NCBI GenBank assembly: GCA_028707125.1
Contig: JAQTUX010000001.1
Location: 269,639 to 333,638 of the forward strand
Length of the DNA stretch: 64,000 nt
Source of the DNA: Candidatus Omnitrophota bacterium
Lineage (GTDB): Bacteria > Omnitrophota > Gorgyraeia > Gygaellales > JAQTUX01
Reading direction: 5' to 3'
This document shows positions 1-7,709 of the stretch, one piece after another. How positions within the stretch are numbered: position 1 is the first letter of the stretch; every line of letters starts with the position of its first letter. Position numbers and translations under genes: made by a program. The notes under the pieces are model-generated. The model saw only the letters and a program-made list of their open reading frames with translations, was not told where the DNA came from and did not search any database.

Positions 1-2
1 TA

Positions 3-3000
3 GAGCTGTTTACCGACGACCCGGGGCTTTCAGGCGCGATAGGCGGCGGCGCGGCTACGCAGGAAAGCAGCGGCATCTATCCTCCGGGCCAGGGCTGGAA
101 CACCAACGGCAGCCAGGCAACGGTTACGATGTACACCACAGGCACATACGCGTCAACCGCTCCCCAAAACCGTTCGTATAAGGTGCAGATAGATACGGCA
201 GGCAATACATTTTCCTGGTGGTATATGGACGATACCACCAACTGGACGAATACCGTCGGCGGCAGCGCAGTGGCAATGTCCACCAATTCCGCGGGCACTG
301 ACTTAAACGCCGGGGTCAAGGTGTATTTCAGCGCGGCATCAGGCACTGCCAACGACAGCTGGTATTTCTCCGCCTCAAACGGGACCGCCTATGGCGGGTA
401 TGATTCCTATGCCCAGACAGCCGCCTATACCGCGGGCGAAACAAGGATTTACAAGGACGGGGACCCGTTTTCTCCATATTACAACAAGATGGTATTCCAG
501 AGCGGGGCGACCAAGGTTACCCTTGACCAGCTGGCAGGCACTGTCGCCACCAACGCCACCATCTATAATCCCGCTATTGTCGGCGCCAACTCAGGCGGGC
601 TTACGATGTACAGTTCGGGAAGCTATACCGGTTCCGAGAGCCGCGCGTATCAGGTAAAGATCTCTTCGCAGGGTGTTGCCGGCACAAGCTCTGATAAGTT
701 CCAGTTTAAATACGGCGTCAATGACTGGGGCCCGGTAGGCGGCACAAGCATAACCGGCTCGCAGCAGTCCTTAGGCGACGGTATTTTTATCAGTTTTTCC
801 GAGAGCAACTACACTAACGACGGCACGATCACAGGCGGCAGCTCCTCAAATCCCGACCAGTGGAGCTTTAACGTTGTCGCCGGCTCAACCTCTACCAGCG
901 CCGGCGGCTGGACGGATTCTGGTACAGATGTGTACAGCTCCGCGGTAACCGACAATGTCGCCATTGGTACCACTGTTCCCGGCGGATACAAGTTGAATGT
1001 CAGCGGCACAGCCAACGCCACCACCTTGACAGAAGGCACAAACGCCGTGCCCAACGCAACCGACCACCTCGGCTTCTTTGCCGCAACCACCTCAGCGCAG
1101 CTTGCCGGAGTGCTATCGGATGAAACCGGCTCAGGTGGTGTCGCAGTATTCGCCACATCCCCTACAATCGCCACTCCCATTATTTCAACCTCTGCCACAG
1201 TTCCTCTGGTTATAGGCGGCAGCGCGACCACCAGCGATCTTTCCCTTCAGACCACTTCAGCCGCTGGTGAGGCAGGCGCGGATATGCATTTCCTCGTCGG
1301 CAATAACGGACAGACAGAGGCGATGACCATACTTAATTCCGGCTACGTGGGCATCGGCTCAACTGTCCCCACAGCAGCCCTGGACATAAACGGCAATATC
1401 CAGGTCTCTGGTACCATCACCGGCACCGTTGCCACAGCAGGCGGCTGGACAGACGCGGGCACATCTATGTATCCGACCAATGTGGACGATAACGTGGCCA
1501 TAGGCACAACAGACCCCGGCTCCTACGACTTGAATGTCGCGGGCACAGCCAATATGGGCACTCTATCCATAGGCGGCACTGCAGTCACAGCCAGCGCGAC
1601 AGAACTCAACTTCGTTGACGGGGTAACATCAGCCATTCAGACACAGCTTGATTCAAAGAGCGCGGCAAGCGACACACTTACTGGTTTAGTCCAGTCCACT
1701 GCCGCGGGCACAAGCTACATTACGGGCGGCTCTGTCGGCATCGGGACGACGAGTCCTCAATATTTGCTTGATGTAGACAAATCAGCCACAGGAAACTATA
1801 TTGCTCATATAAAGAATAGCGGGACTGCATCTTACGGGCTTTTTATAGAAGCCGGGACTGATACGGGTGATTATATTGTGAGCGTGGCAAGTAAGACAGG
1901 AAGTAACAAATTTGTAATAAGGGGTGACGGCAACGTCGGTATCGGCACGGTTGCACCAACCGCGCTATTGGACGTCAACGGCACTGCCAATGTTAACACG
2001 CTTTCAATAGGCGACACTACGATCACCCCCACGGCAGCAGAGCTCAACTTCGTAGACGGGGTAACATCAGCCATCCAGACACAGCTTGACGCAAAGGTGG
2101 GCACAAGCACCGCCTTCATAGGCGACGTCACCGGCGCCTACAACGCCACAGTTGTCGGCAACGACTCCCACGACCACACTGCCTCTACCATCTCCGGCCT
2201 GGGCGTCTCTGACTTCACTTCAGCCGCTATCTCCCAGTGGACCAATGACTCCAACTTCATCACCGCGGCAAGCACCATCACAGGGCTCATCCAGTCCACA
2301 GCCGCAGGCACCTCCTACATCACAGGCGGGAGCGTTGGGATAGGCACAGCAGTGCCGGGTGGTAAACTTGATATTTACGCTGACCAAAGCACCGAATACG
2401 CGTTGGTGGCGAGAAACACCGCCGACGCCAACCAGATTACGCATGCCTTTGACGCCAGCGCCGGCAATGCCCTTTTTAGATTGTGGGATGTTAATGGAGG
2501 TTTGAATGTTAATCTAGCTGCCAGTGGAAACAGCTATCTTAACGGCGGCAACGTCGGCATCGGGACGGCAGTGCCGGGTAGCGCATTAGAGGTCCAGGGA
2601 AATGTAACGCTTAACGACCGTTTGATTATGAGCGGTGATAGTATTGGCGCAACTGTTGATACAGCATACAACACGATTAAGGGCGCCATAGGGCCAACTA
2701 TAAACGGCCTAACATTAACCGGGGCATTAGTAGATTCTAACTTTTCAGACGATAATGCAAATATTACAAATGTGTATGGGTTAAAAATAGCAACTGCGGT
2801 TACGGGTCAGTATACTACAACTAATGCCTATGGATTATATGTAGACCAACCCACAGGTGCTACAAATAATTATGGCGCATATATAAACGGCAACCTCATT
2901 GTCTCCGGCACCATCACAGGAACAGTTGCCGCGGCCGGCGGCTGGACAGACGCGGGCACATCTCTCTACAACACCGAGCTGACTGACAAGGTAGGCATAG

Positions 3001-6000
3001 GCACTGCCACTCCTTCCCAGCTCCTGGACGTCAACGGCATTGCTAATGTGAACACGCTCTCCATAGGCGATACCACCGTTACATCCACTGCGGCAGAATT
3101 GAACATATTAGACGGCGTAACAGCCACCGCAACCGAGCTCAACTATGTTGACGGCGTAACATCAGCCATACAAACACAGCTGAACGCCAAGGTAGGTACA
3201 GCCACTTCATTCTCAGGAGACGTGACCGGCGCCTACAACGCCACAGTTGTCGGCAACGACTCCCACGACCACACCGCCTCAACCATCTCAGGGTTAGGCG
3301 TCTCTGACTTCACTTCAGCCGCCATCTCCCAGTGGACCAATGACTCCAACTTCATCACCGCTGCCTCTACCATCACTGGACTGATCCAGTCCACAGCCGC
3401 AGGCACAAGTTACATCACAGGCGGGGATGTAGGCATCGGGACTGCAGTGCCGGGAGAGAAACTTCATGTTTACAAAGAAAGTTTAACTGATAATAGTCAG
3501 GCAAAATTACTCAAGTTAGAAGGGAAGTTTAATGATGCTAGCATAGATAGCGATGATGTAATAGGAATTTCAGTAAAGGCGGTTAACTCTAGTGGGGGAT
3601 CCGGAGAGAATATGATTATTGGTGGCTCATGGGGAGGATCAGCGGTCAATACTTTATTAGCAGTAGATGGCGGCAACGTCGGCATCGGGACGACGGTGCC
3701 CGCGGCGAAATTGCATGTCTCGGCCCCGGCGGTTATTGCCGGCGGGTTTTATTCGGTCGCGGCAAATGACGCTGACGCGGATATCTGGGGTATTTCAACG
3801 ACCTATTATCCATCTCATGGAACAGCAGCCAACCAGTGGGGTATCAAGTGGCAGTCCACGCCGAACGCATTCTCTTTTGTGGGGAATGGCAGCGAGAAAT
3901 TAAACATCGATGTGGATACGGCAGGGCATATTTCGATGGTCGTGAACGGCGGCAACGTCGGCATCGGCTCAGCCGTGCCAGTTGCGAAACTTGATGTTGT
4001 CGGGACTGCCGAAGTGGACGGCCTCTCCATAGGCGGTACAGCAGTCACTCCCACCGCGGCTGAACTCAACTACGTTGACGGCGTAACCTCTGCCATACAG
4101 ACACAGCTTGACGCCAAGGTAGGCACAGCCACTTCGTTCTCAGGCGACGTGACCGGCGCCTACAACGCCACAGTTGTCGGCAACGACTCCCACGACCACA
4201 CTACCTCTACCATATCAGGGCTGGGTGTTGCTGACTTCTCCTCAGCCAACATCTCCCAGTGGACCAATGACTCCGGATATTTCAATACCAGTAACGACGG
4301 CGCAGGCAGCGGTTTGGACGCGGATATGGTGGATGGGTTGCATCCTACGCAATTCTTCAACGCCCACGGTCAGAATCACGGCACATATACGGACTTCAAT
4401 ACGCCTACAGATTTTGGATTTAGATACATTGTGGGTACCACAAACGGCCCTGGCATAGCCGGCGCAAGCCAATACTATAATCTTGGCATAGGGTTAGGTA
4501 ATGATTATGCCTATACAAGTTACGCTATGCAACTGGCGATTCCGAGAAACTTAAGCACTCCATATATATCTGTGAGATATAGAGAGAATGGAGCTTGGGG
4601 GTCGTGGTATAAGATTTATGCCGGATATGCTGATACCGCGGCCGCGCTTTCCAGCATGAACATCAGTCAGTTTACCAATAATTCCGGTTACTTTAATACT
4701 AGTAATGACGGCGCGGGAAGCGGCCTGGATGCTGACCTGCTGGACGGCCAAAGCAGCGCTTATTATATGACTGCCGCAACCGACAATTGGGTGAATACGA
4801 CCGGGGACACGATGAGCGGGAATCTGTATTTCAATAATTATGGGCTGGGAGTCATCGGCACCTATAGTGATATAAGATATCAGGGCGTATTTGCCATGGG
4901 CGATGCTTATAAGCTCGCTCTGGACGGTACGACATCAGGGACTTTATATGGCATTGCCTGGACCCATAGCAATATCGGAGGCCAATCCAAGGCGGGGTTA
5001 AGTCATCAGGCATTGTTTATGACAAATGGCGTGACTCAGACAGCAATAGGAACGGGTATATGGACGCTTGGCGGCTATACGCAAAGCGGGACAAGCACGA
5101 ATGCTTTTATGGGCAGCGTCGGCATCGGCACAGTGGCGCCGGGAGCGAAGCTGCATGTGACAAGCGCCAATACCGGAGCAGGGTTGTTGAGGTTGGATAA
5201 TACCGGTGGTTCAGCCGGGGATGTAAACGGGGTAGATTTTTATCATAATAACGGAACGTATTTACAGGCGTTTATACGCGATGAGATTCTGAGCAGCTGG
5301 CCCACGAAATTACATTTCGGCGTTGCCTCAACGAGCAACAACGCCGCGACAAAGATGACCATACAGGGGTCAAACGGCTACGTGGGCATCGGCACAGTGA
5401 GCCCGGCGGCGCATCTTCAGGTCGGCACAGGCACTCCCGGCTCTGCCACAGGCGCGGGCGACCTGTATGTGGCAAGCGACCTCGAGGTTGATTCCACCGC
5501 CTATCTTGACCTGGACGCGCGGGTAGGCCGCGACTTTATCGGCACAGCCGCCACTTCGTATATGTATATGACCGGCACGCTCACGGTTGACCTGGACAAC
5601 GACAACAATGGTACGGACAAGTTTTCTATAAGGGACGGCGGCAATACCGAGATATTCTACGTGAATGAAGATAACGGAGGCGGAGGCAATGTTGTGGCAA
5701 AGGGAGTCACCGAAGGCTCATACATAGGGTTATTCAAGGGCTTGGGTTCGCTTCCGGGCTACGGCTCCAGCCGTTATCCGACGCTGAAGACGGATTACTC
5801 CTACTTGTATTTCTCCGTTGCCGGCGCGTACTCCGCGTATATGGGCTCTAACGGCGTCCTGACCGCCCAATCCAGCCGCGAGAAGAAGGAGAACTTTAAG
5901 GAGCTTGACTTTGATAATGTCCTGGCAAAGATTGATAAAATGCCGGTTATGGAGTGGAACTACAAGAACGAAGAAGATTCCATAAAGCACATCGGCCCGT

Positions 6001-6179
6001 TTGCCGAGGATTTCCACGCGCTTTTCGGACTGAACGGCACCGATAATACAATGATCGGCCACAGCGACCCTCCGGGCGTTGCCCTCGCCGGCGTAAAAGG
6101 GCTGTATAGGAAGGTGAAGGAGCAGGAGAGGGTGATTGAAGAGCTGGAGACAAGGATAGCGGCGTTGGAGAAGAAGTAA
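3..6179 (+). CDS. Giant Gly/Thr/Ser/Ala-rich fibre-like surface protein (5'-partial; frame open to window start), C-terminal intramolecular chaperone / peptidase S74-like auto-processing domain
   Basis: Single >2000-aa ORF with no stop back to nt 3. Recurring motifs GGWTD(A/S)GT, NVGIGT(A/T)xP, AAELN(F/Y)VDGVTSAIQTQLDAKVGT. C-terminal SSREKKENFKELDFDNVLAKIDKMPVMEWNYK...HIGPFAEDFHALFGL plus coiled-coil tail is typical of tail-fibre/endosialidase C-terminal chaperone domains. Confidence 0.75.
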   Translation, partial: ELFTDDPGLSGAIGGGAATQESSGIYPPGQGWNTNGSQATVTMYTTGTYASTAPQNRSYKVQIDTAGNTFSWWYMDDTTNWTNTVGGSAVAMSTNSAGTDLNAGVKVYFSAASGTANDSWYFSASNGTAYGGYDSYAQTAAYTAGETRIYKDGDPFSPYYNKMVFQSGATKVTLDQLAGTVATNATIYNPAIVGANSGGLTMYSSGSYTGSESRAYQVKISSQGVAGTSSDKFQFKYGVNDWGPVGGTSITGSQQSLGDGIFISFSESNYTNDGTITGGSSSNPDQWSFNVVAGSTSTSAGGWTDSGTDVYSSAVTDNVAIGTTVPGGYKLNVSGTANATTLTEGTNAVPNATDHLGFFAATTSAQLAGVLSDETGSGGVAVFATSPTIATPIISTSATVPLVIGGSATTSDLSLQTTSAAGEAGADMHFLVGNNGQTEAMTILNSGYVGIGSTVPTAALDINGNIQVSGTITGTVATAGGWTDAGTSMYPTNVDDNVAIGTTDPGSYDLNVAGTANMGTLSIGGTAVTASATELNFVDGVTSAIQTQLDSKSAASDTLTGLVQSTAAGTSYITGGSVGIGTTSPQYLLDVDKSATGNYIAHIKNSGTASYGLFIEAGTDTGDYIVSVASKTGSNKFVIRGDGNVGIGTVAPTALLDVNGTANVNTLSIGDTTITPTAAELNFVDGVTSAIQTQLDAKVGTSTAFIGDVTGAYNATVVGNDSHDHTASTISGLGVSDFTSAAISQWTNDSNFITAASTITGLIQSTAAGTSYITGGSVGIGTAVPGGKLDIYADQSTEYALVARNTADANQITHAFDASAGNALFRLWDVNGGLNVNLAASGNSYLNGGNVGIGTAVPGSALEVQGNVTLNDRLIMSGDSIGATVDTAYNTIKGAIGPTINGLTLTGALVDSNFSDDNANITNVYGLKIATAVTGQYTTTNAYGLYVDQPTGATNNYGAYINGNLIVSGTITGTVAAAGGWTDAGTSLYNTELTDKVGIGTATPSQLLDVNGIANVNTLSIGDTTVTSTAAELNILDGVTATATELNYVDGVTSAIQTQLNAKVGTATSFSGDVTGAYNATVVGNDSHDHTASTISGLGVSDFTSAAISQWTNDSNFITAASTITGLIQSTAAGTSYITGGDVGIGTAVPGEKLHVYKESLTDNSQAKLLKLEGKFNDASIDSDDVIGISVKAVNSSGGSGENMIIGGSWGGSAVNTLLAVDGGNVGIGTTVPAAKLHVSAPAVIAGGFYSVAANDADADIWGISTTYYPSHGTAANQWGIKWQSTPNAFSFVGNGSEKLNIDVDTAGHISMVVNGGNVGIGSAVPVAKLDVVGTAEVDGLSIGGTAVTPTAAELNYVDGVTSAIQTQLDAKVGTATSFSGDVTGAYNATVVGNDSHDHTTSTISGLGVADFSSANISQWTNDSGYFNTSNDGAGSGLDADMVDGLHPTQFFNAHGQNHGTYTDFNTPTDFGFRYIVGTTNGPGIAGASQYYNLGIGLGNDYAYTSYAMQLAIPRNLSTPYISVRYRENGAWGSWYKIYAGYADTAAALSSMNISQFTNNSGYFNTSNDGAGSGLDADLLDGQSSAYYMTAATDNWVNTTGDTMSGNLYFNNYGLGVIGTYSDIRYQGVFAMGDAYKLALDGTTSGTLYGIAWTHSNIGGQSKAGLSHQALFMTNGVTQTAIGTGIWTLGGYTQSGTSTNAFMGSVGIGTVAPGAKLHVTSANTGAGLLRLDNTGGSAGDVNGVDFYHNNGTYLQAFIRDEILSSWPTKLHFGVASTSNNAATKMTIQGSNGYVGIGTVSPAAHLQVGTGTPGSATGAGDLYVASDLEVDSTAYLDLDARVGRDFIGTAATSYMYMTGTLTVDLDNDNNGTDKFSIRDGGNTEIFYVNEDNGGGGNVVAKGVTEGSYIGLFKGLGSLPGYGSSRYPTLKTDYSYLYFSVAGAYSAYMGSNGVLTAQSSREKKENFKELDFDNVLAKIDKMPVMEWNYKNEEDSIKHIGPFAEDFHALFGLNGTDNTMIGHSDPPGVALAGVKGLYRKVKEQERVIEELETRIAALEKK
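2030..2345 (+). repeat. Intragenic long repeat copy A (~300 bp, near-identical to copies at ~3125-3440 and ~4050-4270; shorter relative at ~1595-1665)
   Basis: Long DNA stretches re-occur almost verbatim, e.g. caccggcgcctacaacgccacagttgtcggcaacgactcccacgaccaca...cccagtggaccaatgactccaacttcatcacc. Encodes the repeated AAELNFVDGVTSAIQTQLDAKVGT...SHDHTASTISGLGVSDFTSAAISQWTNDSNFITAASTITGLIQSTAAGTSYITGG module. Confidence 0.8.
3125..3440 (+). repeat. Intragenic long repeat copy B
   Basis: Same module as 2030-2345 with a few substitutions. Confidence 0.8.
4050..4270 (+). repeat. Intragenic long repeat copy C (shorter)
   Basis: AAELNYVDGVTSAIQTQLDAKVGTATSFSGDVTGAYNATVVGNDSHDHTTSTISGLGVADFSSANISQWTNDS at protein level; DNA near-identical to copy B. 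Confidence 0.75.
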
Positions 6180-6187
6180 GACCAAAA

Positions 6188-6308
6188 GCGTATATCAGAT
6201 TATCAGTGTGTCAGTTAGAGTTTATCAGTTTATCAGAATATCAGAGAGAATGACCAATGTCCAATTTACCAATGACGAATGAAATCACAATGACTCAAAT
6301 CCCAAATA
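6188..6308 (+). repeat. Left arm of long imperfect inverted repeat; contains a tandem tatcag hexamer array at 6191-6246 and overlaps the 5' end of the four-helix-bundle ORF
   Basis: gcgtatatcagattatcag...tcagttagag...tatcagaatatcagaga...ttaccaatgacgaatgaaatcacaatgactcaaatcccaaata matches the reverse complement of 6656-6769 (ctgcgtatatcagaacatcag...tcagttagag...aattaccaaatcccaatgacgaatgaatgtccaaatcccaatacccaa). Confidence 0.7.
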
Positions 6309-6655
6309 GAAAGTATGATTTGCGGGAGAGAACTGCTAAATTTGGAGAAAACATAGTTAATTTCGCGAAGAGCATACCTGAAAATAGTGTGAATAGGCCA
6401 TTAATAAGTCAGCTAGTAAGGGCAGGTACGAGCGTAGGAGCTAATTATTGTGAAGCAGACGATGCCTCAACAAGGAAGGACTTCTTTTACAAAATTGGGA
6501 CCTGTAGGAGAGAATCAAAAGAGTCTAAGCATTGGCTTAGGATGATAACGACTGCTGTGCCTTCTTTGAAGGCTGAAGCCGAACTGTTCTTAAACGAGGC
6601 TCAAGAGTTAAATTTGATATTTTCCGCCATTATTAATAGGGCCGGAAAACGTTAA
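6257..6655 (+). CDS. Four-helix-bundle protein (23S rRNA intervening-sequence protein family, TIGR02436-like)
   Basis: 132 aa. KYDLRERTAKFGENIVNFAKSIPENSVNRPLISQLVRAGTSVGANYCEADDASTRKDFFYKIGTCRRESKESKHWL matches the family hallmarks (sQL.RA.tSvgaN..Ea....kDF..k..i...E..Et..WL). True start may be one of several in-frame Met (6257-6290). Confidence 0.75.
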   Translation: MSNLPMTNEITMTQIPNRKYDLRERTAKFGENIVNFAKSIPENSVNRPLISQLVRAGTSVGANYCEADDASTRKDFFYKIGTCRRESKESKHWLRMITTAVPSLKAEAELFLNEAQELNLIFSAIINRAGKR

Positions 6656-6769
6656 TTGGGTATTGGGATTTGGACATTCATTCGTCATTGGGATTTGGTA
6701 ATTGTGGCTTAAGCTGATATACCGTTCTCTGATGTTCTCTAACTGATAAACTGATGTTCTGATATACGC
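6656..6769 (+). repeat. Right arm of inverted repeat flanking the four-helix-bundle gene
   Basis: Reverse complement aligns with 6188-6308 (see left arm). Confidence 0.7.
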
Positions 6770-6850
6770 AGTTAACCCTGATAACCTTTACTTATCCGTA
6801 ACCATAACCGATAAACGTAACCCAATACCCGTTCCCTCCCTAGATTTTCA

Positions 6851-6879
6851 TTGTAAAAGCCGCGAAAATATGATATAAA
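6851..6879 (+). promoter_or_regulatory. Candidate sigma70-like promoter (TTGTAA-N17-TATAAA) ahead of the ABC-transporter/rSAM super-operon
   Basis: ttgtaa aagccgcgaaaatatga tataaa, about 55 nt upstream of the 6933 start codon in the only sizeable AT-rich intergenic gap. Confidence 0.3.
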
Positions 6880-6932
6880 ATCAGTTATACACCGAGTCCC
6901 GAGCCCTCCCAGCAGGAGACAATTAATACAAG

Positions 6933-7709
6933 ATGTCCGGTTATTTTCTGAGGCTAATCAAGGCGCGGCATATTCTGCGAAGCATGGTCCTGAAGAACTT
7001 GAAGGACAAATATGTCGGCTCAACACTGGGTATCTTCTGGGCGGTGATAAACCCCCTGTTGATCATGTCGGCCGTATCCTTTGTTTTCACTCAGGTGATG
7101 CAAACCCCGATACGGCGCTACCCGCTGCTGGTATTAAGCGCCTACCTTCCCTGGAATTTCTTCGTTAACTCCGCCACTGAAAGCGCCGCCTGCATAAGGC
7201 AGAATCAAGGCATACTCTCTCAATACACCATCCCCCGCGAGGCCATACCCGTATCAGTCGCGCTCGCCGATTTCCTGAACTTTTTATTCGGATTCGCGGC
7301 GATGCTGCCGATATTCATCTTCATGAACAGGGGGGCCGCGGGATGCCTGTGGCTGCTGCCTTTGGTAATGGCCCTGCATCTGGCATTCACCGTCGGGATC
7401 TCCTTATTGTTCAGCATCATCAATATATATTTCAGGGATTTTTCCCAGCTCCTGGGAGTGGGAATGCTGTTCTGGTTCTGGGTCACGCCGGTCTTCTACA
7501 CCCTGGAGATGATGCCTGCCGGCCTTCGCGGGGCATTCCTGGCCAACCCCGCCACATGCTATACGGTTATTTACAGGGAATTATTATATAACGGCCGCTG
7601 CGGCGGCATATCCATGTGGGTATTGGCCGTTATCTTCGCTTTGGCGAGTTTGGCGGGTGGATACATCTTATTTGCCGCCAAAGAAAAGGATATCCTCAAG
7701 CATATTTAG
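6933..7709 (+). CDS. ABC-2 type polysaccharide/glycan export permease (Wzm/TagG-like)
   Basis: 258 aa, 6 predicted TM helices, ABC-2 permease signature region. Stop immediately followed by the ATPase gene start. Confidence 0.75.
   Translation: MSGYFLRLIKARHILRSMVLKNLKDKYVGSTLGIFWAVINPLLIMSAVSFVFTQVMQTPIRRYPLLVLSAYLPWNFFVNSATESAACIRQNQGILSQYTIPREAIPVSVALADFLNFLFGFAAMLPIFIFMNRGAAGCLWLLPLVMALHLAFTVGISLLFSIINIYFRDFSQLLGVGMLFWFWVTPVFYTLEMMPAGLRGAFLANPATCYTVIYRELLYNGRCGGISMWVLAVIFALASLAGGYILFAAKEKDILKHI

Noticed and set aside
391-657. Small + strand ORFs nested in alternative frames of the giant fibre gene (391-657, 2152-2343, 3667-3903, 4174-4458)
   Set aside because: Out-of-frame overlaps inside a clearly coding repeat-rich gene. 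Pro/Ser/Thr-rich translations are an artefact of frame-shifted G/T/A-rich codons.
3-6179. Prophage or tail-fibre locus
   Set aside because: Only the fibre-like gene has phage flavour. No capsid, terminase, integrase or lysis genes are present, and the neighbours are cellular glycan genes. More likely a cellular surface fibre that uses a phage-type chaperone domain.
6191-6246. tatcag hexamer array considered as CRISPR or other spacer-repeat array
   Set aside because: Units are 6-8 nt with no spacers of CRISPR size and no cas genes. They are part of an inverted-repeat arm.
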